In this document: positions 55,608 to 64,000 of the stretch, piece after piece
Layout of the letters: every line of letters begins with the position of its first letter
Position numbering within the stretch: position 1 is the stretch's first letter
Sequence record: NC_028945.1
DNA length: 64,000 bases
Strand: one strand, 5' to 3'
Notes under the pieces: model-generated
Database searches by the model: none
The model's input: only the letters and a program-made list of their open reading frames with translations
Told to the model about the DNA's origin: nothing
Position numbers and translations under genes: made by a program

Positions 55608-55820
55608 ATGAATACAGGTGTAGCACTTTTAGCCAAGATCGCCGGAAGAGACGTCCTTCTTGATGCCCTATGGCGTTGGGTCGATGACAGACAGACAGAG
55701 AAGATGGAAGAGGAAGCCTCTGTCGGCGCGGAAGATTGTGCGGCAGCACGTGTGTCAGGATATCTAACCGCGTTGGATGACGTCCTTACCAAAATCGAAG
55801 AACTTCAAACTTCCACATAA
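55608..55820 (+). CDS. Hypothetical protein
   Basis: GAGGGAG RBS. Confidence 0.55.
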   Translation: MNTGVALLAKIAGRDVLLDALWRWVDDRQTEKMEEEASVGAEDCAAARVSGYLTALDDVLTKIEELQTST

Positions 55821-55903
55821 AACTTCGAATAATTTCAAATTTTCGGTTGACCATAATTTGGTTTTATTCTATCTTTTAATCAGAGATAGAAAGGAACTGA
55901 GTC

Positions 55904-56119
55904 ATGGTCACCGAAGAGCGCTTTGAACGTTTCCTCAATTCCCGCTTCACGCGTCGTGTGAAGATTGACGAAAAGCTTGAAGCCCGTGCCGAACAGATGA
56001 TCGGCGAACTGTGCCGCGACGGTTGCCCCGTCTATTACGTCATGCCCGCTGGTGGTCGTTACCGCGAAGGCGCGCGTGTCGAACTGGTCGATTTCCTGAT
56101 CCGTAACAACTACGTTTGA
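55904..56119 (+). CDS. Hypothetical early protein (paralog A)
   Basis: GELCRDG..YY...LIRNNYV; own promoter cassette. Confidence 0.7.
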   Translation: MVTEERFERFLNSRFTRRVKIDEKLEARAEQMIGELCRDGCPVYYVMPAGGRYREGARVELVDFLIRNNYV

Positions 56120-56331
56120 AGGGACATTTCATCATGAACAAGCGATTGGAAATTTCCGTCGAATTCACCGACAGCATTTATTTCGTTCCCGCCCGCTACG
56201 TCCAGCGCTGGTGGAAGGGTGAGTATACCACCACACTGGAACCGGCTCCGATTGACGGTTACATGTTCCTTCAGGAACCGAACCACGATCAATGGGTGGC
56301 GATCCGAAATTCTCAAGAAAATTTGGAATAA
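56116..56331 (+). CDS. Hypothetical protein
   Basis: Between the two paralog cassettes; ATG alternative near 56133. Confidence 0.5.
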   Translation: MKGHFIMNKRLEISVEFTDSIYFVPARYVQRWWKGEYTTTLEPAPIDGYMFLQEPNHDQWVAIRNSQENLE

Positions 56332-56406
56332 TTTCAAATTCGGTGTTGACAGGAATTCGTTTTGGTTCTATCTTTTAATCATAGAGAGAACGAAAGAGAG
56401 ACGAAA

Positions 56407-56664
56407 ATGATTTCTCCTGAACGCCACTTGAATGCCCGCGAAGCCCGCCGCCTTGCTGCCGAAGATCGTTATCTGACTCGTCTCGAAAAGCGTGAGCGCG
56501 AAGCTGAAGCCCTTGTCGGCGAACTCTGCCGCGAAGGTAAGACGATCTACTACATCAACATTAAGACCAAGACCGGCAAATTCACCGGCAAGATCAAAGA
56601 ATTCACCGGTCCGACCGCTTTCGGTGAAGCGATTGTCTATCTGATCCGCAACAACTACGTTTGA
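56407..56664 (+). CDS. Hypothetical early protein (paralog B)
   Basis: GELCREG..YY...LIRNNYV; own promoter cassette. Confidence 0.7.
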   Translation: MISPERHLNAREARRLAAEDRYLTRLEKREREAEALVGELCREGKTIYYINIKTKTGKFTGKIKEFTGPTAFGEAIVYLIRNNYV

Positions 56665-56667
56665 GGT

Positions 56668-56931
56668 TTGCCGATGCTCAAGAAAGTCAACAAGTTCAAC
56701 GAAAACGACAAGCTTCTGATCGCCGCTGAACTTGCGACTTTCGGCATCAAGTACCGCTTCCGCAAGTTCCCGTCTTCCTACCGTCTCGTCTTCGTCGGCG
56801 ACTGGAAGACCGTTTGCGACATCCTGAACCGCAATAGCATCCTGAATGCCGGTGCCCAAGCCTACACCCAATATTCGTTCCAAGACATCGACCCGAAGCA
56901 CGGTGAAGTGTTCCTTTATTATACCGCCTGA
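56668..56931 (+). CDS. Hypothetical protein
   Basis: GAGG RBS. Confidence 0.6.
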   Translation: MPMLKKVNKFNENDKLLIAAELATFGIKYRFRKFPSSYRLVFVGDWKTVCDILNRNSILNAGAQAYTQYSFQDIDPKHGEVFLYYTA

Positions 56932-56949
56932 TCTACCATTCAGACAAAG

Positions 56950-56974
56950 AAAAAGCCGGTCTTTTGAACCGGCT
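56950..56974. terminator. Bidirectional terminator
   Basis: AAAGCCGGT-CTTTTGA-ACCGGCTTT flanked by A/T tracts. Confidence 0.8.
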
Positions 56975-56980
56975 TTAATT

Positions 56981-57202
56981 TTATGTGCGGATGTCCCAAT
57001 CGGGTCTACCTTGAAAGATGCCTTCACCATAGTGGTTCTCGCAATCGCTGTTATCACATGCGGTCCACCAATCCCATTCGGATGCTTCCGGGCGCTTGCT
57101 GATTAGATCGGTGTTGCATGTGTAATGACTAACCGCCGATCCGCAATCTTTACACTTGCCGTAATAGCTCCAAATTCTCTCTTTTTCGGATATCCTCATC
57201 AT
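56981..57202 (-). CDS. Small Cys-rich hypothetical protein
   Basis: CKDC...C.NSDC. Confidence 0.6.
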   Translation of the reverse strand: MMRISEKERIWSYYGKCKDCGSAVSHYTCNTDLISKRPEASEWDWWTACDNSDCENHYGEGIFQGRPDWDIRT

Positions 57203-58119
57203 ACCGCCATCTTGGCTTTGATTGGTGCGTGATGCTCGTATCCGTCGAGTGTAAGAAGCCCTACATCACGGTAGTCAAATCCGACTGTCAAACCACGCTT
57301 CAGGCTGAATTCGTCATCGATCATCAGTGTCGGCAAAGCCAACGGTTCGCGGTCAAGCTGTTCCTTCACCTGATCGAAGTGATTGTTGTAGATGTGGGTA
57401 TCACCAAGGTTGCCGATCAGTTCCCCGACTTCAAGACCACATTCCAGCGCGATCAGATGTGTCAGGAGCGCGTAAGAGGCGATGTTGAAGGGAAGCCCCA
57501 AGAAGACGTCCACGGACCGCTGATTCCAAAGGCAGGACAGTTTGTCATTGCGAACATAGAACTGGAATCCGTAGTGGCACGGCGGCAAAGCCATTAGATC
57601 GACCGCGCCGACATTCCAAGCCGAGACCATATGACGACGGCTGAGAGGATCATTCTTGATGGTCACGATGACGTCAATGATCTGATCGATGACACCGATG
57701 TCAAATTGCTTTTCGCCGCATGGCGCTTCCCATTCCATGTGGTATTCCCACATCCGCCACTGCGAGCCGTAGACTGGACCCAACTGCTTGACGGTGTCAT
57801 TGTTCTCGTAGCCGAGTGCCCGCCCTTGTGCGTTGGCGTTTGCCGTCCAAATGGTTGTCTTGTCGATCAGTTGTTCGCGTGGCTTGCCGTAAAGAAGTTC
57901 AGCCAAGCGCCGTTCGTCGGTCGATCCTTCAAGAAACCACAGCAATTCGCTCACCACGGCTTTCCAAGCGAGTTTCTTGGTGGTCACGGCAGGAAAGCCC
58001 TTGGACAGGTCGAAACGTATCTGGCGACCAAATACGGACCTTGTGCCAGTTCCGGTACGATCATCGGCATCGACGCCGTTTTCCAGCACGTCCCGGAGTA
58101 AGTTATGATATTCAATCAA
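57199..58119 (-). CDS. thyA: Thymidylate synthase
   Basis: DRTGTGT, ELLWFL, GPVYGSQWR, MALPPCH, QRSVD..LGLPFN, GDTHIY.NH. Confidence 0.97.
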   Translation of the reverse strand: MIEYHNLLRDVLENGVDADDRTGTGTRSVFGRQIRFDLSKGFPAVTTKKLAWKAVVSELLWFLEGSTDERRLAELLYGKPREQLIDKTTIWTANANAQGRALGYENNDTVKQLGPVYGSQWRMWEYHMEWEAPCGEKQFDIGVIDQIIDVIVTIKNDPLSRRHMVSAWNVGAVDLMALPPCHYGFQFYVRNDKLSCLWNQRSVDVFLGLPFNIASYALLTHLIALECGLEVGELIGNLGDTHIYNNHFDQVKEQLDREPLALPTLMIDDEFSLKRGLTVGFDYRDVGLLTLDGYEHHAPIKAKMAV

Positions 58120-58122
58120 AGT

Positions 58123-58614
58123 TTATGTCCTTTTTGTATATACGAAAAGAGGAAAGTCCCTATGCCAGTCCGCGTGCTTTCCTTCATAATTGGCGTTCAG
58201 GGCTTCCTTGTCGATAAAGGTATCACACCCATAGTCACCAAGCATGGAGGTAACATAAAGGGATTCGATTGCCTTTTCCCGGATTGCTTTGTTGTAGAGA
58301 GTAGCGCCGCCTATCAAAATAGGACGCTGGAAATACTTCTTGAACATATCCCAATCGATTTTGCTCAAGAAGATTGTATCTTTAGAGTTGGGATAATCGT
58401 AATCTTTGAGACCGCCGATGACGACGCTGAGACGATCCGGCAGCGGCTTTGGAAAGGCTTCGTCTTCATAGGTTTTGCGACCCATAATCAAGGTTCCGCC
58501 CTTGGTGAAGCGTTGAAACCATCGCATGTCGGCGGGGTCTTTCTCCCATGGTAAGGTTCCGTTCTTACCAATGCCGCCTGTTTCATCCATCGCCACGATA
58601 GCGGAAATGTTCAT
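58123..58614 (-). CDS. folA: Dihydrofolate reductase
   Basis: GIGKNGTLPW, DM.WF...T, IMGRKTY, PLPDR, IGG..LY, CDTF. Confidence 0.93.
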   Translation of the reverse strand: MNISAIVAMDETGGIGKNGTLPWEKDPADMRWFQRFTKGGTLIMGRKTYEDEAFPKPLPDRLSVVIGGLKDYDYPNSKDTIFLSKIDWDMFKKYFQRPILIGGATLYNKAIREKAIESLYVTSMLGDYGCDTFIDKEALNANYEGKHADWHRDFPLFVYTKRT

Positions 58615-58813
58615 GATTTCCTCTCAACATATATGGTGTAAGCTTCGGAAAATCGGGATACTGCGCTTCAAGCCGGTCGATGGTCTCTTGATGACCAAGC
58701 TGAATCTTCTTCGCGGCGCTGCTATTCCTTGCCCATGGTGGTGTATAATACAGAAGCTTGCGCCGTTTGACATATTCCGCAAAGTCTTGAGATTTTCTCC
58801 AATCGTGGGTCAT
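58583..58813 (-). CDS. Hypothetical protein
   Basis: Coupled to the primase stop. Confidence 0.5.
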   Translation of the reverse strand: MTHDWRKSQDFAEYVKRRKLLYYTPPWARNSSAAKKIQLGHQETIDRLEAQYPDFPKLTPYMLRGNHEHFRYRGDG

Positions 58814-59865
58814 GCTGCTTTAACTCCCCGCCATTCTGATAATTCCAACTTAGCTGCCAAACCGGAAAAGGTGCGCCGGTCGATTTCCCACTTGACGTGT
58901 TTTGCCGACATGCCGCCCTTCAGCACCATGTCATTGACGTCCTTCTGTTTAATCTTCGGTCCCCATAGCGCGACCTTCAAGCCAAGGTCAATACATTTTT
59001 CAATCTTAGCGACGATTTCCGGTTTGCGCGGTTCATTGTCGAAAACGAAAACGGCATTCTCCGGATTGGGCAACAATCGAGGATCAAGCGCGCTGCCCGC
59101 CATGGCAATCGAATTCTTGATGAACAGACTGTCAATCGGACCTTCAAAGACATAATATGTCTCTTCCGTGTTGCATTGATCCATGCCGAAAATCTTGGCG
59201 TGGTTCTCGTCAAACATAATGGTGATGTAGCGCAAGAACGCGTCCGGAACGAAGGATCGCCCCTGAAAGCCGAACAGATTGCCCTTCTTGTCGATGAATG
59301 GCAGGATCAGCCGGGGTTCGTCCTTCTCTTCGTGCTCCATTTTGCCGGGGAGGATCGAATTGACGAACTTCTTGAACTTCGGGGCGTAATAGAGCCGGAA
59401 GTGTGTTTCGGGTGGAATTAGCCGGTTGACGACATATTGTTTCGCCGGATGGTCATGGGGAAGGCTGGATATTTTCTTGATCCGGAGCAATGGTGAACCG
59501 GCAGCGAGCGCCTTGAATTTTGGTGCTTCTGTCTTGAAAGCCGAATCGGGTAGTGCTGCCTTCTCCGGTTCCGCGCGCAAGCCGTTTTTGTCAAGGACTT
59601 TCTCGACTTGCCATTCCTGATGCAGGATCGGGTTCACTCTTTCGAGGAATTCGCCGAAGCTCTTGTTACCACAACCATTATGGCAGCAAAAATAGGCGTG
59701 GTTGTTGTGTTCAAGAATCCAACCACGCGCTTTGCTTTTGCTTTTTTGGGAATCGCCGCATAGAGGACACCTGAAGTTCGCTCTATACGGCATGTTTGAT
59801 TTGATTTTGAACCGCTCAAGATTGTTCGAAAGCAGGTTCGCATATTTTAGATCGAGATAATGCAT
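58810..59865 (-). CDS. DNA primase (T4 gp61-like)
   Basis: NFRCPLCGDSQK..KARG, CHNGC, GFQGR, VFEGPIDSLF, FDNEPR, KDVNDM. Confidence 0.95.
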   Translation of the reverse strand: MHYLDLKYANLLSNNLERFKIKSNMPYRANFRCPLCGDSQKSKSKARGWILEHNNHAYFCCHNGCGNKSFGEFLERVNPILHQEWQVEKVLDKNGLRAEPEKAALPDSAFKTEAPKFKALAAGSPLLRIKKISSLPHDHPAKQYVVNRLIPPETHFRLYYAPKFKKFVNSILPGKMEHEEKDEPRLILPFIDKKGNLFGFQGRSFVPDAFLRYITIMFDENHAKIFGMDQCNTEETYYVFEGPIDSLFIKNSIAMAGSALDPRLLPNPENAVFVFDNEPRKPEIVAKIEKCIDLGLKVALWGPKIKQKDVNDMVLKGGMSAKHVKWEIDRRTFSGLAAKLELSEWRGVKAA

Positions 59866-59896
59866 GATGCCCTATGTAGGACATCGACACTCAATA

Positions 59897-60370
59897 TTAA
59901 AGTAGGGAAAGGATTGTAGAAATAATCCCGCCGATGACGATAGCGCCGCCGATGGTCAACCATTTCCAGCGTTGGATTTCGACCACGTCTTTCTTGAGTT
60001 CGTCAATGTCCGCCTTGACCGCGTTGACTTTGGCGTCCATGCGGTCGTTCATTTCGATTGTGGATGTATGGAATTGATTTCGCATATCTTCCCTGATTTG
60101 ATTAATCTTGTCAAGGATTTCTTGTGATCTTTTATCGGCTTCTGTGCGCCGCTTGTCGGCAGCGTCCGCCAACTGATCGATCAGTCGTGTGTGAGTTTCA
60201 AGCTTGTTATCATGAACTGCGAGCAAACGGTTAATGTTTGTCGAGACATCCGAGATTTTATCAATTGCGATATCGAGCCGGGATACCAGAGTATCGAGGT
60301 TGTTGATGTCGCCGCGAAGTCCGGAGAGTTCAGCGCGCATTTGTGCATAGTCAAAATTCTGTTGGGTCAT
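59897..60370 (-). CDS. gp61.1-like coiled-coil protein with C-terminal TM
   Basis: LLAVH..KL; ...IQRWKW..IGGAIV; position next to primase. Confidence 0.7.
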   Translation of the reverse strand: MTQQNFDYAQMRAELSGLRGDINNLDTLVSRLDIAIDKISDVSTNINRLLAVHDNKLETHTRLIDQLADAADKRRTEADKRSQEILDKINQIREDMRNQFHTSTIEMNDRMDAKVNAVKADIDELKKDVVEIQRWKWLTIGGAIVIGGIISTILSLL

Positions 60371-60408
60371 TGTTGTTCTCGTCTTCTTGTGACCATGCGG
60401 GATAGTGC

Positions 60409-60834
60409 TTACTTCAACAGAGACTTTTCCTTCCTCTTGAGCACTGGCGATTTCTTTGCGACGGTGTCCGGAATGTTACCCGTATTGGTGGATGGCACTG
60501 CGGACCCTTCTACTTCAACTATATAGGCTTCGAACAACTCTTCGTTGATATTGCCGTCTTCGGATACATCCTCTTTCATCAGATACATGACAGCGGCAAT
60601 GGTGCCGAGCTTGGTAGAGCCGCCCGGAAGCTTGGCGATCAATTTCTTCAGGTTCAGGATAACCAAATCGAATTTACTGAAGGCTTCCCGTTCAGCCACG
60701 CGGGTGAGTTCCCTTTGCGACTTCAAAATGTTGCCTTCAGCATCAATGATGCCGAGCTTGTACGCTTCCCACTTATCGAAAGGCTTTGCCAGTCGCTTCA
60801 AGAACTGGTAAACCATGAAAAGATCAACAATCAT
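60409..60834 (-). CDS. Conserved T4-like hypothetical (probable virion) protein
   Basis: YQFLKRL..PF.KWEAYKLGIID..GN.LK. Confidence 0.8.
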   Translation of the reverse strand: MIVDLFMVYQFLKRLAKPFDKWEAYKLGIIDAEGNILKSQRELTRVAEREAFSKFDLVILNLKKLIAKLPGGSTKLGTIAAVMYLMKEDVSEDGNINEELFEAYIVEVEGSAVPSTNTGNIPDTVAKKSPVLKRKEKSLLK

Positions 60835-61205
60835 ATCTTTCGAAGCTCCGCAATGATTTCCGGGTTCATGGGAATGTCGGATGAATACAGGATTTTGTTT
60901 TCATAACAAATTTTCTTCGGCATGTAATTCAGCGCGACGATGAATGGCTTCAGTTCGGGATGCAGGTCTTCCATACGCTGAAAAAGCATAGGAGTCGCTG
61001 CTTCCCCGAAACAATTGTAGATGATGATAATATGGTTCAAGATCAACCGAGTTTTAAGCTCTTGTCCTTTCTTGAACTTATTCAACAAACGCTTTACGTA
61101 AAGAAACCTCTTTAAGTCTGCTTCAAAGTCATCTTCGGTAGTATTGAGTGTCATATCATATTGCTTTGCGGCAAACAGATAGAAGTTATCTTTAGTGAGT
61201 TCCAT
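60831..61205 (-). CDS. Conserved T4-like hypothetical protein
   Basis: DLKRF.YVKRLL...LK.RLILNH...YN.FG. Confidence 0.8.
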   Translation of the reverse strand: MELTKDNFYLFAAKQYDMTLNTTEDDFEADLKRFLYVKRLLNKFKKGQELKTRLILNHIIIIYNCFGEAATPMLFQRMEDLHPELKPFIVALNYMPKKICYENKILYSSDIPMNPEIIAELRKI

Positions 61206-61216
61206 GGGTGTCTGTA

Positions 61217-63025
61217 CTATACTCGCACAATGGGATTAGGCGTTGTGAAGTTCTTCTTGCGCATAATCGTCTTCAAAGTAACTTCAAATTCACCACGATT
61301 ATAGTCAATGACAACCGGAATATTCAGTTCCTTCTGTACATCCTTCAGAACGACTTGAGCTTCGCGAGCGTTCTTGATGCCCTTGCCTTGGGTAAGAGCG
61401 AGCTTGCGGAAGGTGTCACGAAGTTCCTTGACCGTGATGCAAGGATTGTTGCGGTCGTCCGACATGCGCTCACCAAAGTGCTTGGTGAATTCAATGTCGA
61501 TGCCGAACTTATCAAGCAGCGCGTCTGCGAACTTTTCCAGTTCCTTCAGGTCTTCCCGGCTGATGATCGCGCAAGCGCCTTCTTCAGCACGTTCCATCAG
61601 TTGAAGGTCTTCGATGAAGTAGGAACCGGCAAGGAACGAATTGACGCGCTGGAAACCTTCCTCAACCGGCGACATCGTCTCATAGAGACCTTCAGACATA
61701 CCACGGTCGAACAGTTCCCGGATGATTGCCGGATCAACATTGTGTTCTTCCGCCTTGACCAGCAAGCTTTCGAGAACGGTCGCAAGCTCCGGATCACTCA
61801 TGACAGATTCGATGGCATTGATCGCATCGCTATCAGAAGCCACTGCGCGCCAGATTTTGAAACGACGGTCAAGCTTTACCTTGCCTTCCTTGTCAAACAT
61901 CTGATGCCAGACCTTGCGTGCCGGTGCGTTATCAGCAACAGGCGGATATGCATCACCGAGGCGCGGCGCAATGTTCGTCGGCATATTCGACGGATCAAAG
62001 CCTTCGTGCTGATTGTGCATCTTGTGAGCCTTGGAAATCTTTTGAACTTCCTGCTTGCGAAGCTGCGGAAGGATTTTCGCGGCGATGCGACCGATAGCGC
62101 CCTTACGCTGTTCAACACGCTTGTCGATCTGGATTTTCTCACCAACACCAAGGTTCTGGTAGTCGGCACCACGCGCACCAGCGACCTTCTTGCGGATTGC
62201 CTGAATAGCCTTCTTGCGAGCGCGCTTCTTCAGTTGGTCCGTGGAAGCGATCTTCTTGCGCATCCGCTCACGAGCGATCATAACCTTGCGCTTGATGCGG
62301 CGGAAAGCTTGACCGCGCTTCAGACGTTGGCTGTATGTCAGGGCCTCTCCCAATTCTTCTTCATCGTCCACGAGACCGCCAAGCAGTCGGTACATTTCAA
62401 CGATGTCGTCCACGAGGAATTGTGCGCCAGCGGCAATGTTGTTGCCGAACTCTTCGATGTTGTCTGCCTTGACATAACCGAACATACGGCTGGCGATAGC
62501 GGCTTCGTCAATACCGTAAGGAACAACTTCGACTTCGTTCCAATCGGAGCGACCAATGTGATATCGTGCGTCTTCTTCGGACATGACCAGAACGACGTGG
62601 GTGTATTTGCCGCGAAGGATTTCGACCAGTTCGCCGACGTAGCCATAGGTTTCCGGCTTAACGATTTCGCCGAAAGCTTCAAAGGCAATCATCCGAGCGT
62701 CAACGGCATCAAGCCAAACGACTTCGTCTTCTTCCGAGCCTTCGCTATCGGTAGCGGGGGTCGGGACGGGAGAATCACTCTGAATGTAAACTTGGGGTTC
62801 TTCGACACCATGTTCAGCCGCGATATCGTAAAGATGGTCGATCAGTTCTTCGTGTTCGACGGTCGCGGGATTGAGTTTGAGAAATGCGACGACAGCGGTT
62901 TTGTTAAACCGGAGCAAGTCAACAGATTCAAGCGTTGGGTTGATGTCGATAATGACGCTGTTCTTCTTGCCAGCGTTCGGGGTCTTGACGTCCTTTTCGT
63001 CGGACGCTTTCGGTTCTTTAGCCAT
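61217..63025 (-). CDS. Large late (probable head-associated) multidomain protein
   Basis: Late promoter CTAAATA at 63070-63076; Glu-rich; basic SQRLKR...RARKKA helix; C-terminal EFTKHF.ERM domain. Confidence 0.75.
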   Translation of the reverse strand: MAKEPKASDEKDVKTPNAGKKNSVIIDINPTLESVDLLRFNKTAVVAFLKLNPATVEHEELIDHLYDIAAEHGVEEPQVYIQSDSPVPTPATDSEGSEEDEVVWLDAVDARMIAFEAFGEIVKPETYGYVGELVEILRGKYTHVVLVMSEEDARYHIGRSDWNEVEVVPYGIDEAAIASRMFGYVKADNIEEFGNNIAAGAQFLVDDIVEMYRLLGGLVDDEEELGEALTYSQRLKRGQAFRRIKRKVMIARERMRKKIASTDQLKKRARKKAIQAIRKKVAGARGADYQNLGVGEKIQIDKRVEQRKGAIGRIAAKILPQLRKQEVQKISKAHKMHNQHEGFDPSNMPTNIAPRLGDAYPPVADNAPARKVWHQMFDKEGKVKLDRRFKIWRAVASDSDAINAIESVMSDPELATVLESLLVKAEEHNVDPAIIRELFDRGMSEGLYETMSPVEEGFQRVNSFLAGSYFIEDLQLMERAEEGACAIISREDLKELEKFADALLDKFGIDIEFTKHFGERMSDDRNNPCITVKELRDTFRKLALTQGKGIKNAREAQVVLKDVQKELNIPVVIDYNRGEFEVTLKTIMRKKNFTTPNPIVRV

Positions 63026-63095
63026 TTTATCTCCTATGGGATTGCCGAAGCCGTTAAGCCATATGGAGATATTTAGTAGAAAAGAAAAAGCCGCT

Positions 63096-63302
63096 CTAAA
63101 GCGAACGGCTCTTGATGATTTTGTATGCGCGTTTCAGCGTTTTTAGATCGTTGTCGTGAGCGCTTGTCCATCCATCGGACTTGTCTTTCTCGACAACGTC
63201 AATCGCCCATTCCAGACCCTTGGCGACGTCGCTCATCAAGTCTTTCTGGACTTCTGTCTTGAACCATTTAAAAAGCATTATAATCCTCAAATGCTTGAAC
63301 AA
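63096..63302 (-). CDS. Hypothetical protein
   Basis: ORF in minus-strand run; start uncertain. Confidence 0.45.
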   Translation of the reverse strand: MFKHLRIIMLFKWFKTEVQKDLMSDVAKGLEWAIDVVEKDKSDGWTSAHDNDLKTLKRAYKIIKSRSL

Positions 63303-64000
63303 GTTTGGTTAGATCGGCGGTATAGAAACCGGCGGCATTGATACAGTTGGTTTCGAGGATGCTCAATCCGTCTTCGGTGCGGCAGACATCCAGAACATAG
63401 GCATCTGCATAGTTCGGGTTTAGTGCGATCATGCGAGTGGCGAAATCGAGTGCGTCCGAGTCAATCTCCGGTCGATAGATCACCTTTCTTCCCATACGGT
63501 ATAGAGAATACGTAATGATTTGATCTTTGATCACCCAAATGCGCCATTCCTTCTGAATGGACGTTGGCAGCGACAAGATCATGATCGTATCCGGCGACAG
63601 CGAACCACCAATTAATTCATCCGGCGACAACGCACAAACCTTGACACACATGTCGCGGATTTCTTCTGGCGTCATCACCGTTCCGGCGATTTCCTTGCTA
63701 TCCTGAAGCGGTCGAATGAAATAACATTCGGAAGGCAAAGACACTTGAGAAGCGAGTTGTTGGACGGTCCATATCCGCGAACAGGCGGGACCATTCAACA
63801 GATGCGGTTCCCACGGCTTTTCGTGATAGAACGGGCGAAGCTCGAAAACTCCCGGATACAGGTGATGCTTCCGGGCATAGTGGCGAAGGCTGTACGATCC
63901 GAACATCAGGACGGCATCCGGATCGATAATCAGCGGCGCGGGGTCCAGTTCTCCAACGAAAGGGACAACCTTGTGCATCGAATATTCCAGACCAACCCGC
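63268..64000 (-). CDS. ATP-grasp domain protein (DUF4343/R2K-like), 5'-truncated
   Basis: YFIRP..DSK..AG, KEWRIWV, YVLDV, ILETN..NAAGFY; frame open to window edge. Confidence 0.8.
   Translation of the reverse strand, partial: RVGLEYSMHKVVPFVGELDPAPLIIDPDAVLMFGSYSLRHYARKHHLYPGVFELRPFYHEKPWEPHLLNGPACSRIWTVQQLASQVSLPSECYFIRPLQDSKEIAGTVMTPEEIRDMCVKVCALSPDELIGGSLSPDTIMILSLPTSIQKEWRIWVIKDQIITYSLYRMGRKVIYRPEIDSDALDFATRMIALNPNYADAYVLDVCRTEDGLSILETNCINAAGFYTADLTKLVQAFEDYNAF

Noticed and set aside
57199-58119. Group I intron in thyA as in T4 td
   Set aside because: The ORF is continuous with all motifs; nrdJ and primase are also uninterrupted.
61208-63076. 622-aa + strand ORF, and similar long antisense ORFs (14923-16020, 21223-22380, 33836-34894, 36186-37268)
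   Set aside because: They mirror well-supported genes on the other strand, lack an RBS and any motif, and are explained by codon bias.
1-64000. tRNA, tmRNA, rRNA genes or a CRISPR array
   Set aside because: No cloverleaf with a T-loop consensus and no regularly spaced repeat-spacer array seen; repeated promoter cassettes are irregularly spaced and separated by genes.

Overview
A 64-kb slice of a large T4-superfamily lytic phage genome, probably infecting an alphaproteobacterium (host is inference). T4-like core genes: primase gp61 and its conserved neighbours, thyA, dihydrofolate reductase, ATP-dependent DNA ligase, Dda/RecD-like helicase, RNA ligase 1, plus a class II (B12) ribonucleotide reductase. 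Accessory content: NAD+ salvage (NAMPT, PnuC, NadR-like), ADP-ribose handling (macrodomain, gp30.3/NADAR, SLOG, degenerate Nudix), tRNA/translation repair (two RNA ligases, CCA enzyme, two Pth2), lysis genes (GH19 endolysin, spanin pair, RlpA), an SGNH/Ig/lectin virion protein, several GIY-YIG/HNH endonucleases, and dozens of small early ORFs behind about 18 related AT-rich TTGAC promoter cassettes. Best candidate for something new: a 46-aa ArfA-like ORF (24649-24789, below the ORF-track cutoff) with an intrinsic terminator inside the coding sequence ahead of the stop codon, which is the non-stop-mRNA logic of bacterial ribosome-rescue back-up factors. It is followed by a methyltransferase and a late-promoter RelA/SpoT-like enzyme with a head-protein-like N-terminus. 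No tRNA, rRNA or CRISPR array was seen. All family calls are motif recognition by eye, not database results.
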